Virus record (IMG/VR): IMGVR_UViG_2706794693_000007
From: a virus
Taxonomy: Duplodnaviria > Heunggongvirae > Uroviricota > Caudoviricetes
Direction: 5' to 3' (one strand)
DNA length: 39,432 nucleotides
The position numbers and the translations under genes are program-made. Below the pieces are notes generated by a model, which was given only the letters and a program-made list of their open reading frames with translations, made no database searches and was not told the DNA's origin. This document shows, piece by piece, positions 7,836-18,218 of this stretch. The first letter of the stretch is position 1. Every line of letters starts with the position of its first letter.

Positions 7836-8908
7836 GTGATTTCTCCTACCGTCAGCAGCTCACTGTCTCCCGCCTGAACTGACGTCAGCGGACTGCGCAC
7901 TTCAAAATCCTCCAGATTTTTCACCCCTGCCACCGCCCGCCAGAAAGACGACGGCAGAACCAGACCGCCGGGCCGGGATTCGTTATACAACAGGTCGGTC
8001 AGCGCCTGTTTTACGGCCGCCTGATTCTCCGGTGTTTTCGGGATGATCCTGATGCTGAAGGGCACCGGCTTATTGGTCAGTTTAAACACGGTCACCGTCG
8101 GCCCCAGAGGCTGTCCGACAGGCTGGCCGGTCGCCGGATCATCATGACTGCGGATATAATCCGCCACCCGCTGAACATCACCGTCACCGGGGAAAATATC
8201 CGGGTTATTATCCTGAACAAACGTTACCCCCACGCTGCCCGCCTGCGGCCATTCCGGGCGGCACCATGCCCGCGTCACGCCCGGCACTTCACGCGCCCAG
8301 CGTTCAAAATCATACTGCGTGCCGCCGGACGGTGGATTCTGCACCCGGAAAACCAGACGGGAAAGCAGCTCCGGCACGGTTTCCACATCCGCACCACCGG
8401 TGATCCCCGTTCCGGTCACCGTGGCCGTCTGGTTGATCCCCGCCTGCGGTGTGATAAATGTCAGTTTTGTCCCTGCCGGGGCATTCCCCGCACGACCGGC
8501 ACTTTCGGCTTCCACACTGACATTCAGCGTACCGGCCTTACCGGTCAGGGAGGTGGTGATACGGTAAACCACGCCATCACTTCGCTGGAGAAGCACACCT
8601 TCCTTGATCCCCGCATCCGTGGTCAGCATCAGCTGAACCGGCCCGTCCCCCCGAGAGGCAGGCTTACGCATGACGCCCCAGAATGCACAGTGTTTCAGCA
8701 GTTCGGCTTCATCGGCTTCGGTCGGGATGATCTGACGCGCAATCCAGGCCAGATGCTCATGCTCCTGAGCAGATAACCCTGCCTGAGCGTAAGCAATGGC
8801 ATTCAGGGTGGTTTCATTCACACCCGGCTGCGAGCCGGGCAGGCGCTGGCTGATATCCTGCTGTGTCTGCGTGATTAACTGTGCCAGCGGTAAAGGCTGA
8901 TAAGGCAT
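7826..8908 (-). CDS. Baseplate J-like protein (Mu gp47-like)
   Basis: 360 aa, synteny in baseplate cluster. Confidence 0.75.
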   Translation of the reverse strand: MPYQPLPLAQLITQTQQDISQRLPGSQPGVNETTLNAIAYAQAGLSAQEHEHLAWIARQIIPTEADEAELLKHCAFWGVMRKPASRGDGPVQLMLTTDAGIKEGVLLQRSDGVVYRITTSLTGKAGTLNVSVEAESAGRAGNAPAGTKLTFITPQAGINQTATVTGTGITGGADVETVPELLSRLVFRVQNPPSGGTQYDFERWAREVPGVTRAWCRPEWPQAGSVGVTFVQDNNPDIFPGDGDVQRVADYIRSHDDPATGQPVGQPLGPTVTVFKLTNKPVPFSIRIIPKTPENQAAVKQALTDLLYNESRPGGLVLPSSFWRAVAGVKNLEDFEVRSPLTSVQAGDSELLTVGEITWL

Positions 8909-9345
8909 TACTCCCCCTTAAGATCAGCATAAAAAATCATGGGCCTCACTGAACCATCAGGCAGGGTTATGCGCACCGAAAGCGCCAGCCGCGCGTGTCC
9001 CACACGTTCTGCATGACAGACCACGGATGACGCCACGCCATCCTGACTGAGCCAGCCCAGCGCCTCATCCGCGTAAGCACGGGCACGGCTTATCACCGAG
9101 GCCAGCGTTTTTTCCCGGCTGAGAAGCCACAGACGGGAGCCAATGGGGCGCGGGCGAAAACTGTCTCCCCACCATCCCCGGCGGTCGCGCGTACCGTCAG
9201 GGATTTCATCCGATGCCAGCGCCCGGCGGTCAGTAAACAGCGAAATCAGAACGGCCGTCAGCAGACTGTCATCCGTCAGCAAGTCGGCACCGTTCAGTTG
9301 CAGCGAACCGCACCCCTGATCCCATACAATTGCAATATCAGCCAT
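8908..9345 (-). CDS. Baseplate wedge protein (GPW/gp25-like, Mu gp46-like); start moved to ATG 9345
   Basis: GGAG RBS before MADIAIVWDQG...; upstream part of the 193-aa ORF overlaps the preceding gene. Confidence 0.65.
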   Translation of the reverse strand: MADIAIVWDQGCGSLQLNGADLLTDDSLLTAVLISLFTDRRALASDEIPDGTRDRRGWWGDSFRPRPIGSRLWLLSREKTLASVISRARAYADEALGWLSQDGVASSVVCHAERVGHARLALSVRITLPDGSVRPMIFYADLKGE

Positions 9346-9952
9346 TCTCCGGCGCTCCTGTCTTACTGCCTTTGCCGTTATCCTGATGCACATGGCCGGA
9401 ATAGGTGATCCCGGCAATAACGGCATCAGACATCGTGAACAGCCCGTCTGATTTACCTGTACCATCAAGCACGAAATTACCCTTAACATGCAGGTTTTTA
9501 TCCACCGTCACATTGCCCGTAAAGGTGGCCTCCGGCGTATCCACCCGCATCCCCTCATCGGCGTAAATCTCCAGCATTTTGCATGTCACAATAATGCGAC
9601 CATCCTTTGTTAACCGTATCCGGTGCCCCTCATGGTGATACACCCCCGTATCTCCGGCTGTGAGTCCGGTCGGGCGGCTGCGCCGGTCTTCCACCACAAG
9701 CACCACAGTCTGATCCCGCTGTCCGCCCAGACAGGCAAAAAAGGTTTCCGCACCCGGCAGGGGAACGCTGATCTGCCCGTACTGCTGGGGACGCTCCACA
9801 TCATCAAAGGTTTCGCCGTCCATGCCGGTGAGCTGCACATTCTGCATTTTCAGTTCGTCATGTGTGCCGGTCAGAACGCCCCGGCCAAACAACAGGCGAA
9901 TACCGCGCGTTACCGGGGCAATCAGGCGGCTGAACACTTCATCATTCATCAA
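9338..9952 (-). CDS. Baseplate assembly / central spike protein (gpV-like, Mu gp45-like)
   Basis: 204 aa, synteny. Confidence 0.65.
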   Translation of the reverse strand: MMNDEVFSRLIAPVTRGIRLLFGRGVLTGTHDELKMQNVQLTGMDGETFDDVERPQQYGQISVPLPGAETFFACLGGQRDQTVVLVVEDRRSRPTGLTAGDTGVYHHEGHRIRLTKDGRIIVTCKMLEIYADEGMRVDTPEATFTGNVTVDKNLHVKGNFVLDGTGKSDGLFTMSDAVIAGITYSGHVHQDNGKGSKTGAPENG

Positions 9953-11066
9953 AGCTGATCCCCTGTTTTTTCATCTGCTGGCGAATAAAGGCATCAACAT
10001 CGTCACCGGAACCACCCCGGCCCTTACTGTCCGGCTCTGCCGGAACGATAAAGCCGTCACGCGGTGCCAGTACCAGCCGGGTGACTTCCCCGTTATGTTC
10101 ATCAAGTAAAAACTCCACCTGACAGACCAGCAGTTCAGTCTGTTCTATACCGAAACGCAGGGCTGAAACACCGGTCAGCAGATTGACATCCCATAACCGG
10201 CCATCATCCCGGAACCAGCCACGCACGGTGGCAGAAAACCGTTCTGAACGGGCAATCGCACGGCGCATTTCACGCAGGGCACGCTGCCGTGCACCGGTGG
10301 TGTCTGTCTGTTGATCGGCGAGGATGATTTTCGACCGGTAGCGGCCGATCTGCTCATCACTGATGACGCCCACAGGTGCTGCCAGACGGGCGGCGGATTC
10401 GCTGTCTCCCCGTTTGCCACCACCGCGCCCGTGTCCCCGGACACGGTATTCGCTGTATCGTCCTCGCCAGTCCGTGTTGTAATCGGCATCAAGCAGGTTA
10501 TCTCCCAGCACCAGTCTGTCCGTCTGCTGGCTTCCTGCCTGGGTGAACACCAGATCGCCGTCAGCATTACTGGTCACCAGCACCCCGCGATGCCGGGCAG
10601 CACGGGTCAGCGCATCCGCCACGGTTTCTGAGTTTTCCAGCGTAAAAGAGCTGAAGGGGCGTGCAGCCGTGTCGTCGTTAACCTGCCAGCGCACGGCTAT
10701 CCCGAAGGGCGCACATAAATCTGCGGCAATCTGTGCCAGCGTCCGGTTGCGCCACTGGCTGCCGGGATGGATGGCGGCACAGTCCACCAGGTCGCCGGTT
10801 TTATCCCGACCGCTGATGCTGATCTGATGACGGGTTGCACTGATCCGCTGACTGACCTGATCCAGCCAGCCACTGATGACCGTCTGCCCGTTAATTCTGA
10901 GCGTCAGGGACTGACCGGTTCGCAGGGCTGAGGGGATGCGCTCACCGGGCAGCATCAGCCCCAGTTCAAACGACCCGGCCAGATGCTCCAGCGAGCGACG
11001 GACGCTGACCGTCAGCCAGCCGGAAAAAATACTGCCACCGATATACAGTTCAATCCTGCTGCTCAC
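9942..11066 (-). CDS. Tail protein of the P2 gpD / Mu P family (baseplate hub)
   Basis: 374 aa, synteny downstream of DNA circulation protein. Confidence 0.7.
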   Translation of the reverse strand: MSSRIELYIGGSIFSGWLTVSVRRSLEHLAGSFELGLMLPGERIPSALRTGQSLTLRINGQTVISGWLDQVSQRISATRHQISISGRDKTGDLVDCAAIHPGSQWRNRTLAQIAADLCAPFGIAVRWQVNDDTAARPFSSFTLENSETVADALTRAARHRGVLVTSNADGDLVFTQAGSQQTDRLVLGDNLLDADYNTDWRGRYSEYRVRGHGRGGGKRGDSESAARLAAPVGVISDEQIGRYRSKIILADQQTDTTGARQRALREMRRAIARSERFSATVRGWFRDDGRLWDVNLLTGVSALRFGIEQTELLVCQVEFLLDEHNGEVTRLVLAPRDGFIVPAEPDSKGRGGSGDDVDAFIRQQMKKQGISFDE

Positions 11067-12408
11067 TGATCACCTCCACGCTGCGGCCACCCGGAACAAA
11101 AACCGGATCGGGGATATTGTTTCTGCGGACAAAATACTGCCAGCGACTGCTGTTGCCGGTGGCACGGTACAGCGTGACCAGTGCCGGTTCGGTGGTGCGA
11201 ACCATGACCTGAAAAGCACCGGGAAGATGCACGCTCCGTGTGGTTAAATCTTCTGTCAGCGCAAGCCCTGCATCACGTAATGCAAGGGCAGTCCCGGTAT
11301 AGCCCTGTGCGGACAGATCCAGCACCTGTTGTTCCATGGCATCGCTCAAATCCCGGTTGATACGCTGCACATCAGCAGAACTTTCCAGCCAGGCCAGTCC
11401 GCCCGAACGGTCAGTATCCTGAACGTGCGTCGTATTCTGCCGGATGACCTGATCCAGCAGTTTTCCGAGCGTCTGTGCCTGCGACACCAGGGTTGCACTC
11501 TGCATCACGCTCCGCAGCAGACGGATATTTTTCTGTGCCGCAGGCGTCAGGCCAATCAGGCGCTGTGGATCATCCTGTTCGCTGAGGGTGTAACGCAGGG
11601 AGGAAAGTGTGCGGTACAGCTGCGGCATGGCCTGCTCTGCCATGCTGTCACGGTTTGTGGTCAGGCTGCCGGACGGCGTTCCGGCTTTTCCGGTCAGAGA
11701 CAGGGAAGGATCGCCGGGCAGCCCGGTCAGCACGGCAAACATTCCGGCCAGCGATTCAGCCATGCGACGGGGCGCATTAATCAGGGCGGCGGCATTGCCT
11801 TTCAGGGCAGTAAAACTGGCCGTAAAGGCACTGATATCCTGCACAATCCCCATCCCCGAAACGGCATTCTCCAGTGCATCAATCTTATCGCTGATGGTGT
11901 CGGTCATGGCCTGTACATCATGCAGACCGTCTGAAATCACCGTCCAGCCGTCTGAAAGCGTGTTAAACAGCTGATTCATTGCTGAGCCGCTTTTCTGCTC
12001 CAGCGCAGCTGCCGTATCTTCTGCCACCGCAGGGGCGGTATCGTCACTGGCGGGGATCACGTTGATCGTGAACTCAACCGTTCCCTGCTCGCTGGCGTTA
12101 TAACGGCTTTCAAAGCTGTTTATCAGCACGTTTAACGTGCCGTAATCCGGGTGCATCAGTTCACCGGCACCGGGTGCACGCAGCGCATCACGCAGGCGGC
12201 TTCGCTGTGTCTGAAGATCGTCTCCGGTCACCAGAACCGTGAATGTGAACTCCGGGAGTTTTGGCCCCAGATCATCCGCACCGCCGCTTTCACGCAGTGG
12301 GTATTCACGGCGCACAATGTTACGTCCGCCCCGTTCCCGCTGCTCCTGATAAACCAGGAACGGTACGCCACGAAAGGAGCCACGCCCCGGCGTGTCAGTA
12401 GAGGCCAT
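11050..12408 (-). CDS. DNA circulation protein (Mu N-like tail protein)
   Basis: 452 aa, follows tape measure gene. Confidence 0.7.
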   Translation of the reverse strand: MASTDTPGRGSFRGVPFLVYQEQRERGGRNIVRREYPLRESGGADDLGPKLPEFTFTVLVTGDDLQTQRSRLRDALRAPGAGELMHPDYGTLNVLINSFESRYNASEQGTVEFTINVIPASDDTAPAVAEDTAAALEQKSGSAMNQLFNTLSDGWTVISDGLHDVQAMTDTISDKIDALENAVSGMGIVQDISAFTASFTALKGNAAALINAPRRMAESLAGMFAVLTGLPGDPSLSLTGKAGTPSGSLTTNRDSMAEQAMPQLYRTLSSLRYTLSEQDDPQRLIGLTPAAQKNIRLLRSVMQSATLVSQAQTLGKLLDQVIRQNTTHVQDTDRSGGLAWLESSADVQRINRDLSDAMEQQVLDLSAQGYTGTALALRDAGLALTEDLTTRSVHLPGAFQVMVRTTEPALVTLYRATGNSSRWQYFVRRNNIPDPVFVPGGRSVEVISEQQD

Positions 12409-14452
12409 AGTTCCCTCCGTTCCAGACGTTCACATCCAGGCCATGCTGTGCGGTATCATCCACATCAATACTGCGCGCCCGCCAGCCTTCAGGGGCAACA
12501 AGCTCCACCCGTGCGGCGGTTTTCGCGGTGGCCTGTCCGCCGTTTTCGTCACTGCCGCCACGCAGTTTCTGCCAGGCCTGCGTCAGCCAGCCCCCCAGAT
12601 AATCACCGAGATAGCTGCCCACCGTGGAACCAATGGCAACCCCGACCGGACCGGCAGCCGCCCCCAGCGCGCCACCGGCGATACTTCCGGCAAGGGAACC
12701 CACGGCACCGGCTTTATCGGCTGCACTGGCGCTGCTGTCCAGCAGTACAGGAGCCGCCATGGCACCGGCCCACAGGGCACCACCACCCAGCCGACCGGCA
12801 CCACGGAACAGCCCGGCAAAACGCCCCAGCCCCATGCGGTTTCCGGCCGCCGTTAGCAGACCACCGGCACGGCTCATCATACGACCGAAGAAGCCCTGTT
12901 TACCGGCACTCTCCGCCAGTTGCTCACCGGCAGTCACGACGGTCGTGACACCCCGTCCACGTCCGGGGCCGCGTTTTTTACGGCCGCGCACGGTTTTGCC
13001 GTCACCGCTGACCACCACATCCCCGCCACCTGAGGCCAGGCCACCCGCAGGCCAATTGGTGACCAGCACGGGCTGAACGGCAGCCGGATTTACCCCGGTA
13101 AGGAAATTCAGGAACCGGCCAGCGCGTCCGGGCTGCGTTCCCGGTACAGTGGTCTGCGGTTTGCGGAAGGGCGACGTCAGCACGGAGGTCATCGCCATGC
13201 CATAGCGTAAGGGGGTTGCGCCGAGACGTAATGCCCCCGTCCCCGCAAACCTGAGCACCTTCAGCGCACGGGAGGCGAGATACATATACATCAGGTACTT
13301 TGCGGCGGTCTGCGCACCCTGACCAATGCGATCCAGCGCATCGCCATAACCGGCGTCGCGCAGTGCCTGAAGCGTTTCCCTGACTTTCTGAATGACCCGG
13401 TAAAAGCCGGTCGCAGCGTCTCTGGCATACTCAAATCCCTGATTCAGGGCTGAGGCCGTCTGTGTGGCCAGCTTATCCTGTAAGCCGCTTTTCTGTGCCG
13501 CATCAGCATAATCCAGAAAGCCTTTCAGGCTCTTTTTCAGGCTGTCAAACGGTCCCTTTGCCATCACCTCGCGGGCAAATCCGTCCCAGACATCGCCCAT
13601 CATGGACGTCATTCCCGTCCAGGAATTCATGGCGTTTTTCTGGGCACCTTTTGCCTGTTCGGCCATCACCTGAAATAACAGGCGAATGCTGTCCGGTCCC
13701 AGTTTTCCTTTCTCGCCTTTCTCACGGATGATCTTCTGGTTTACACCCAGCTTATCGGCCAGCAACTGGTAAACGTTAATCCCGTATCCGGTCAGAATAT
13801 TGGCGTCCGCTGCCTGGATACTCTGGCGGGCAAACATCTGTTTGAGTTGCAGGGACGCACCCTGTGCATCTGACAGTGACCAGCCGTGATAGCCGCCCTG
13901 ATCCTGAAGCATGGTAATAAAGCGACGGGCTTCCCTGTCACTCATACCGAACCCGCGACTGGAGGCGTATTCCTGCATAACCCCCGCCAGCCCCCAGGTG
14001 GTGTCTTTGGCGTTCTGTACCGCCCAGGCTTTCACTGCTTCCGTTTTTGCCGTATCGCCATGATTAATGGCGTTGAGACGCAGAATATAGTTCTCCATCT
14101 CTGCGGCCGGGCGGATAAAGGCTTTATTAAACCCGTAGACCGCAGCCCCTCCCGCCAGCATCCCGTAAAGGTTGCTTATCCGCCCGATGGTGCCGGTAAT
14201 GCTGCCCTGAAGGCGGTCAAAATCTGACGTCACCGTGCGGATACTGCCACGAACACCGGCAAGCGTTCGCTGCATACGGGAGCCGACAAGTTCTGTCTCC
14301 TGACCGGCACGACGTGCTGCATTTCCAAGACCACCCAGCCCCGTCCTGCCGGAACGGGAGAATGCCCCCAGCTCCTGTGACCACTGGCGGGATTTGGCAG
14401 AAATATTGCCGAGTAAATCGACAATCAGGGAGGCTTTCAGGTTTTTTGCCAT
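12395..14452 (-). CDS. Tail tape measure protein
   Basis: 685 aa, Gly/Ala-rich C-terminal half, position after tail tube/chaperone genes. Confidence 0.85.
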   Translation of the reverse strand: MAKNLKASLIVDLLGNISAKSRQWSQELGAFSRSGRTGLGGLGNAARRAGQETELVGSRMQRTLAGVRGSIRTVTSDFDRLQGSITGTIGRISNLYGMLAGGAAVYGFNKAFIRPAAEMENYILRLNAINHGDTAKTEAVKAWAVQNAKDTTWGLAGVMQEYASSRGFGMSDREARRFITMLQDQGGYHGWSLSDAQGASLQLKQMFARQSIQAADANILTGYGINVYQLLADKLGVNQKIIREKGEKGKLGPDSIRLLFQVMAEQAKGAQKNAMNSWTGMTSMMGDVWDGFAREVMAKGPFDSLKKSLKGFLDYADAAQKSGLQDKLATQTASALNQGFEYARDAATGFYRVIQKVRETLQALRDAGYGDALDRIGQGAQTAAKYLMYMYLASRALKVLRFAGTGALRLGATPLRYGMAMTSVLTSPFRKPQTTVPGTQPGRAGRFLNFLTGVNPAAVQPVLVTNWPAGGLASGGGDVVVSGDGKTVRGRKKRGPGRGRGVTTVVTAGEQLAESAGKQGFFGRMMSRAGGLLTAAGNRMGLGRFAGLFRGAGRLGGGALWAGAMAAPVLLDSSASAADKAGAVGSLAGSIAGGALGAAAGPVGVAIGSTVGSYLGDYLGGWLTQAWQKLRGGSDENGGQATAKTAARVELVAPEGWRARSIDVDDTAQHGLDVNVWNGGNYGLY

Positions 14453-14455
14453 GGG

Positions 14456-14656
14456 TTACTGCTTCGTTCTGAGAATTTTTTCGGTCTGTCGGCAGTGCCG
14501 GTAAAGCTGCGATAAGGGGAGGTTAAGCGCCCACTCCGGGCCGCTTTTTGTCACCATCCCCAGCACAATTGCGGCTTCTTCAATCTGATCCCGGCACTGC
14601 ATCTGGTCGCCCCCGTTCAGCGACCAGCTTTCCGGCCATCGCGGAATCAAGCAGGC
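14456..14656 (-). CDS. Out-of-frame extension of the tail assembly chaperone (candidate programmed frameshift product, G/GT-like)
   Basis: Frame opens only 2 codons upstream of the chaperone overlap, has no ATG, overlaps the last 25 codons of the chaperone ORF in the +1 frame and stops 3 nt before the tape measure start. Confidence 0.4.
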   Translation of the reverse strand, partial: ACLIPRWPESWSLNGGDQMQCRDQIEEAAIVLGMVTKSGPEWALNLPLSQLYRHCRQTEKILRTKQ

Positions 14657-14909
14657 TTACTGCCGCCATCAGTCGGGAGAGATCGCGCTCGCTGAGCTGT
14701 CCTATCTGACGCGGAGACAATGGCCCCTCAATCTGGCCGACAGCGGCAATCTGACGGCGCAGCAGCGCAATGCCGCGCAGTGCCGGTGAGGCCACAAGAA
14801 CCGGACCGTTTCGGGTTTCCATAAGACGCTCGGCCTCGCTCTCCGCATCAATGCTGTCTTTTGCCGTCAGTTCGCGGAAGGTGACGCGGTATTCACGGGA
14901 TTCCCCGAA
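14580..14909 (-). CDS. Tail assembly chaperone (Mu gp41-like), 5' end hidden in N-run
   Basis: Open frame after the N-run ending ...LVAERGRPDAVPGSD; position between tube and tape measure. Confidence 0.5.
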   Translation of the reverse strand, partial: FGESREYRVTFRELTAKDSIDAESEAERLMETRNGPVLVASPALRGIALLRRQIAAVGQIEGPLSPRQIGQLSERDLSRLMAAVSLLDSAMAGKLVAERGRPDAVPGSD

Positions 14910-15161
14910 NNNNNNNNNNNNNNNNNNNNNNNNNNNNNNNNNNNNNNNNNNNNNNNNNNNNNNNNNNNNNNNNNNNNNNNNNNNNNNNNNNNNNNNNNNN
15001 NNNNNNNNNNNNNNNNNNNNNNNNNNNNNNNNNNNNNNNNNNNNNNNNNNNNNNNNNNNNNNNNNNNNNNNNNNNNNNNNNNNNNNNNNNNNNNNNNNNN
15101 NNNNNNNNNNNNNNNNNNNNNNNNNNNNNNNNNNNNNNNNNNNNNNNNNNNNNNNNNNNNN
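14910..15161. other. Run of 252 N (unresolved or masked) spanning the end of the tail tube gene and the start of the chaperone gene
   Basis: N characters in sequence. Confidence 0.95.
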
Positions 15162-15446
15162 CCAGGCCTTCGTCATCATGTGGACTTCACCGGTATCGGC
15201 CACGAACTCAATCGTGACCGCAGTCCAGGTGTTGATTTCATCGGCAGCCGGTGAACCTTCTCCGCCCGCCGGGAATTTACAGTCCAGCGTCGCCTCACGG
15301 GGTTTCTCGCGATAGCCGTAAACTTTCGCGCCTTTCACCACTTCACGCTCAAAGCCGGACGGGGAGAACGTGGCCCCCTCAAGGGTGTCGTACTCCTGCC
15401 CGTTCACACGGATGGTGGCCGTGCCCTGATACTGTTTTCCGCTCAT
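15162..15446 (-). CDS. Tail tube protein (Mu M-like), 3' end hidden in N-run
   Basis: Starts MSGKQYQGTATIRVNGQEYDTLEG... immediately after the sheath gene. Confidence 0.7.
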
Positions 15447-15454
15447 GCCTTACC

Positions 15455-16957
15455 TCACAAAATGAAACGGATCTGCGCGGCCATGAAGCGGAACTGGTTA
15501 ACCAGATCCGGTGTACACATCACATCCAGACGGTTACGGTCTTTTGTGTTGCGCTCCACGAGCAGATTCTTTTTAAAGGTGTCCAGATTTTCGACCAGTC
15601 CCAGATCCACCCATTCTTCCCCCAGCGAAATTAACTGAAGTTTCATGATCTCCGGTGTCACGATATTCTGACCGGCACGAACGGGCGTCCCGTCATCAGC
15701 CAGTTTATGGCGCGGAAAACGCTGCGTGATAAAGGTGCGCAGGGAATAACGCAGATATGACAGGGTGTAGATGGTTTCCACATCCAGATAGCTGGGATCG
15801 ATTTCGCCGTATGCATTCTGACGGTACATCGTCACCTGACGTTCAATCTGCACCACATCCGCGGCCGCGACGGTCACCGTGGACATGCCGGTATAAAGCA
15901 GGCTGTTTCGCTCTTCCCGCGTCAGACGATCCGGTGCTTCAGGTGCCATACGGGCAGGCAGCGCCAGTGTCTGTAATGGTCGGGCCGGATCCGTTGACAG
16001 GGAGGGCGCACAGACCGCACAAATGGAGGCAGCCCAGACATAATCCGGCTCTGGTGCTTTAGGAATAGAAGTGCAGGTAAACAGGAAGTCATTACGGGAT
16101 TCACCAAAACTGGTTGCCGTACCGAAGGTGCCGGTATGCGCCATCCAGACCATACCGTCCGACATTTTTACCGGTCCCCAGCGTTTCAGCAGTTCATCCG
16201 CCAGAATTTTGAGATTTGCCGCATCCTTATAGGGCATGACGATGTAGTTGTACTGACGATTCCCCATCCCTGAGACGCTACGGGTGATATCGGGGTTTGT
16301 TGCCTTCTGTGTTGGCGCGACGAGCTCCAGCGTAAGACCGGCCGGTGTAGTTTCACCGTCATAATAGTTCACCCGTAAATCATGAGCTGAGCATTCACCG
16401 ATAAAGCGGGCGTTAACCCCCATGCTGCCTTTAAGTCCTTCAGCATTATCACCACTGACTTCAGCTGCGATAGCAGTGAATGGCGCATCAGTGTCAGCGT
16501 TAATGACCTTAGCCAGCTCTTCCACAAGCTCTTTACCTTTTTTCCCCTTACTGACGGGCAGGAGGTAACGGCGACCGCCGATGTAAACACTTAACACCCC
16601 GTCTGCCAATGCTGTTCCAATGATATTCATCACGCATGCCCTGGACTGACCTGTTCCAGCCCCCTGTGCAATGGCATATAACTCTGTGTCAGGGTTAATG
16701 GCGATAAATTCCTCTACCATCAGTGCAATCATGGAACCTCGCCCCCAGAGTTCTCTTGCTTGTGAAGCTCGGGTAATACGTACTGGTACATCAAGCTGAC
16801 CGCGCCCCTGAATGGTAGTGTCTTTCATTGCAGCCTGACCAAACAACAGTACCGCCTGACGCTGTGGTGGAGTGCCGGTCACGGCCATTGAATTATTGAT
16901 TTCAATCTGTACCAGCGGAATGCGATTGTTATCGCCGATATAATCAAAGTTAATCAT
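15455..16957 (-). CDS. Tail sheath protein (Mu L-like)
   Basis: 500 aa, synteny. Confidence 0.85.
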   Translation of the reverse strand: MINFDYIGDNNRIPLVQIEINNSMAVTGTPPQRQAVLLFGQAAMKDTTIQGRGQLDVPVRITRASQARELWGRGSMIALMVEEFIAINPDTELYAIAQGAGTGQSRACVMNIIGTALADGVLSVYIGGRRYLLPVSKGKKGKELVEELAKVINADTDAPFTAIAAEVSGDNAEGLKGSMGVNARFIGECSAHDLRVNYYDGETTPAGLTLELVAPTQKATNPDITRSVSGMGNRQYNYIVMPYKDAANLKILADELLKRWGPVKMSDGMVWMAHTGTFGTATSFGESRNDFLFTCTSIPKAPEPDYVWAASICAVCAPSLSTDPARPLQTLALPARMAPEAPDRLTREERNSLLYTGMSTVTVAAADVVQIERQVTMYRQNAYGEIDPSYLDVETIYTLSYLRYSLRTFITQRFPRHKLADDGTPVRAGQNIVTPEIMKLQLISLGEEWVDLGLVENLDTFKKNLLVERNTKDRNRLDVMCTPDLVNQFRFMAAQIRFIL

Positions 16958-17235
16958 CAGGACGTCCCCTTATCTGATGCTGCGGTTTTTTCAGCCACCG
17001 CCGCAGTTTTTTCTGCTACCGCTCCCGCTGGTTTTGCCGCCGCGCCGGTATTAGCAGTTGTGGCAGCCGGGGCAGGCTCCGCCGTTTTATCCACCACAAT
17101 GACGTCGCCATCATTAAGACGGCGGCACCAGAACGGAGTGAAGGGTTTCTCTTCCCCGTCCTGAGAGAGCGGAGTCATCGTGTCGGGATCGCGGATCAGG
17201 CATCCCGGCGCAGGTTTAATAAAAATGGTTGTCAT
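16957..17235 (-). CDS. Small Ala-rich protein (Mu gp38-like)
   Basis: 92 aa, position before sheath gene. Confidence 0.55.
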   Translation of the reverse strand: MTTIFIKPAPGCLIRDPDTMTPLSQDGEEKPFTPFWCRRLNDGDVIVVDKTAEPAPAATTANTGAAAKPAGAVAEKTAAVAEKTAASDKGTS

Positions 17236-17238
17236 CTG

Positions 17239-17802
17239 TTATTCCTCTGACAGTCCGGCGTTTTCACCGGCGGCAGTTGCACCAGGCAGACGGATGTGTG
17301 CCTTAAATTCCGGCGTGCCTTCCGGTTCGGTAAAGGTTTCGTAATGGCGCAGGAAATCATCCAGCGAGCTGATATCCGTCAGCGGGTCGATCATTTCCTC
17401 GCATGAGAAATACAGGGCGTACATCACGGCACCGCTGCCTGCCTGCGTTTCGGTGTAACCGTTGACCGCCTTTTCAAAGTAAAGCGGTGAGGTTTTTTCT
17501 GCTCTGAAGCCGTCCAGCACGGTAATCAGGCGGGCCACAATCTGATAAAGCCCGGGACGGCTGACCTCACGGCCATTGAGCATGTCGCCGATGACGTAGA
17601 ACACCCAGTGACTGACCAGACGCCCACGGGTACGCCCTTCACCGGCACCCAGCCAGGCAACATAGATAGCCGGGGCGTTAATCAGCATGGTGCGCAGTAC
17701 GCTGTCGCTCCAGTCGCCGGGATGTGTGTCAACAGACACCAGTTCATTCCCGAAATACTCACGGATACGGGCGATGTACGCCTGCTCGGTTTCCGTAATC
17801 AT
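17239..17802 (-). CDS. Tail completion / head-tail joining protein (Mu gp37-like)
   Basis: 187 aa, synteny. Confidence 0.65.
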   Translation of the reverse strand: MITETEQAYIARIREYFGNELVSVDTHPGDWSDSVLRTMLINAPAIYVAWLGAGEGRTRGRLVSHWVFYVIGDMLNGREVSRPGLYQIVARLITVLDGFRAEKTSPLYFEKAVNGYTETQAGSGAVMYALYFSCEEMIDPLTDISSLDDFLRHYETFTEPEGTPEFKAHIRLPGATAAGENAGLSEE

Positions 17803-18218
17803 ATAAAGCCCTTCTGGTTGCGCCCGAACACCGCCGCATCAGACTGCACCTGCGGTAAATCCCCGGATTCAGGGGCCGCACCGTCTGTATCCACGCCGAC
17901 CGGCACGTTACCGTTCATGACATCTTTCAGCCAGGCCAGCGCCTCACGGTAACGGTCACGCGCCTGATCGGATGCCCGCTGATCGCACAGGTAATAAAAG
18001 GCAATCGTGCAGCAATGCTGAACAAGGACCGCCGGAACCACCGCCAGCGGCAGCGTGTAACGGGAAGACAGATAGCTGTCGATAAGGGCAGACGCGTCCG
18101 TCAGTGCCCGGTTCAGCTTGCGCGTGTCCGGTTCATCCGAACGGGGCACGGCCAGTAATGGCCTGAGCAAATCCTCGCGGTAACGTGCCCGCATATCGGT
18201 TTCGGTGGCGTAATTCAT
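17799..18218 (-). CDS. Head-tail connector protein (Mu gp36-like)
   Basis: 139 aa, synteny. Confidence 0.65.
   Translation of the reverse strand: MNYATETDMRARYREDLLRPLLAVPRSDEPDTRKLNRALTDASALIDSYLSSRYTLPLAVVPAVLVQHCCTIAFYYLCDQRASDQARDRYREALAWLKDVMNGNVPVGVDTDGAAPESGDLPQVQSDAAVFGRNQKGFI

Noticed and set aside
8144-13076. Several long plus-strand ORFs (for example 8144-8776, 11329-11934, 12151-12948, 12624-13076)
   Set aside because: All lie antisense to well-supported tail genes, are Arg/Pro/Gly-rich and lack RBS; classic shadow ORFs in GC-rich coding DNA.
14580-15446. 288-aa ORF called as one protein across the third N-run
   Set aside because: Almost certainly two genes (tail tube and assembly chaperone) joined by the in-frame run of N.
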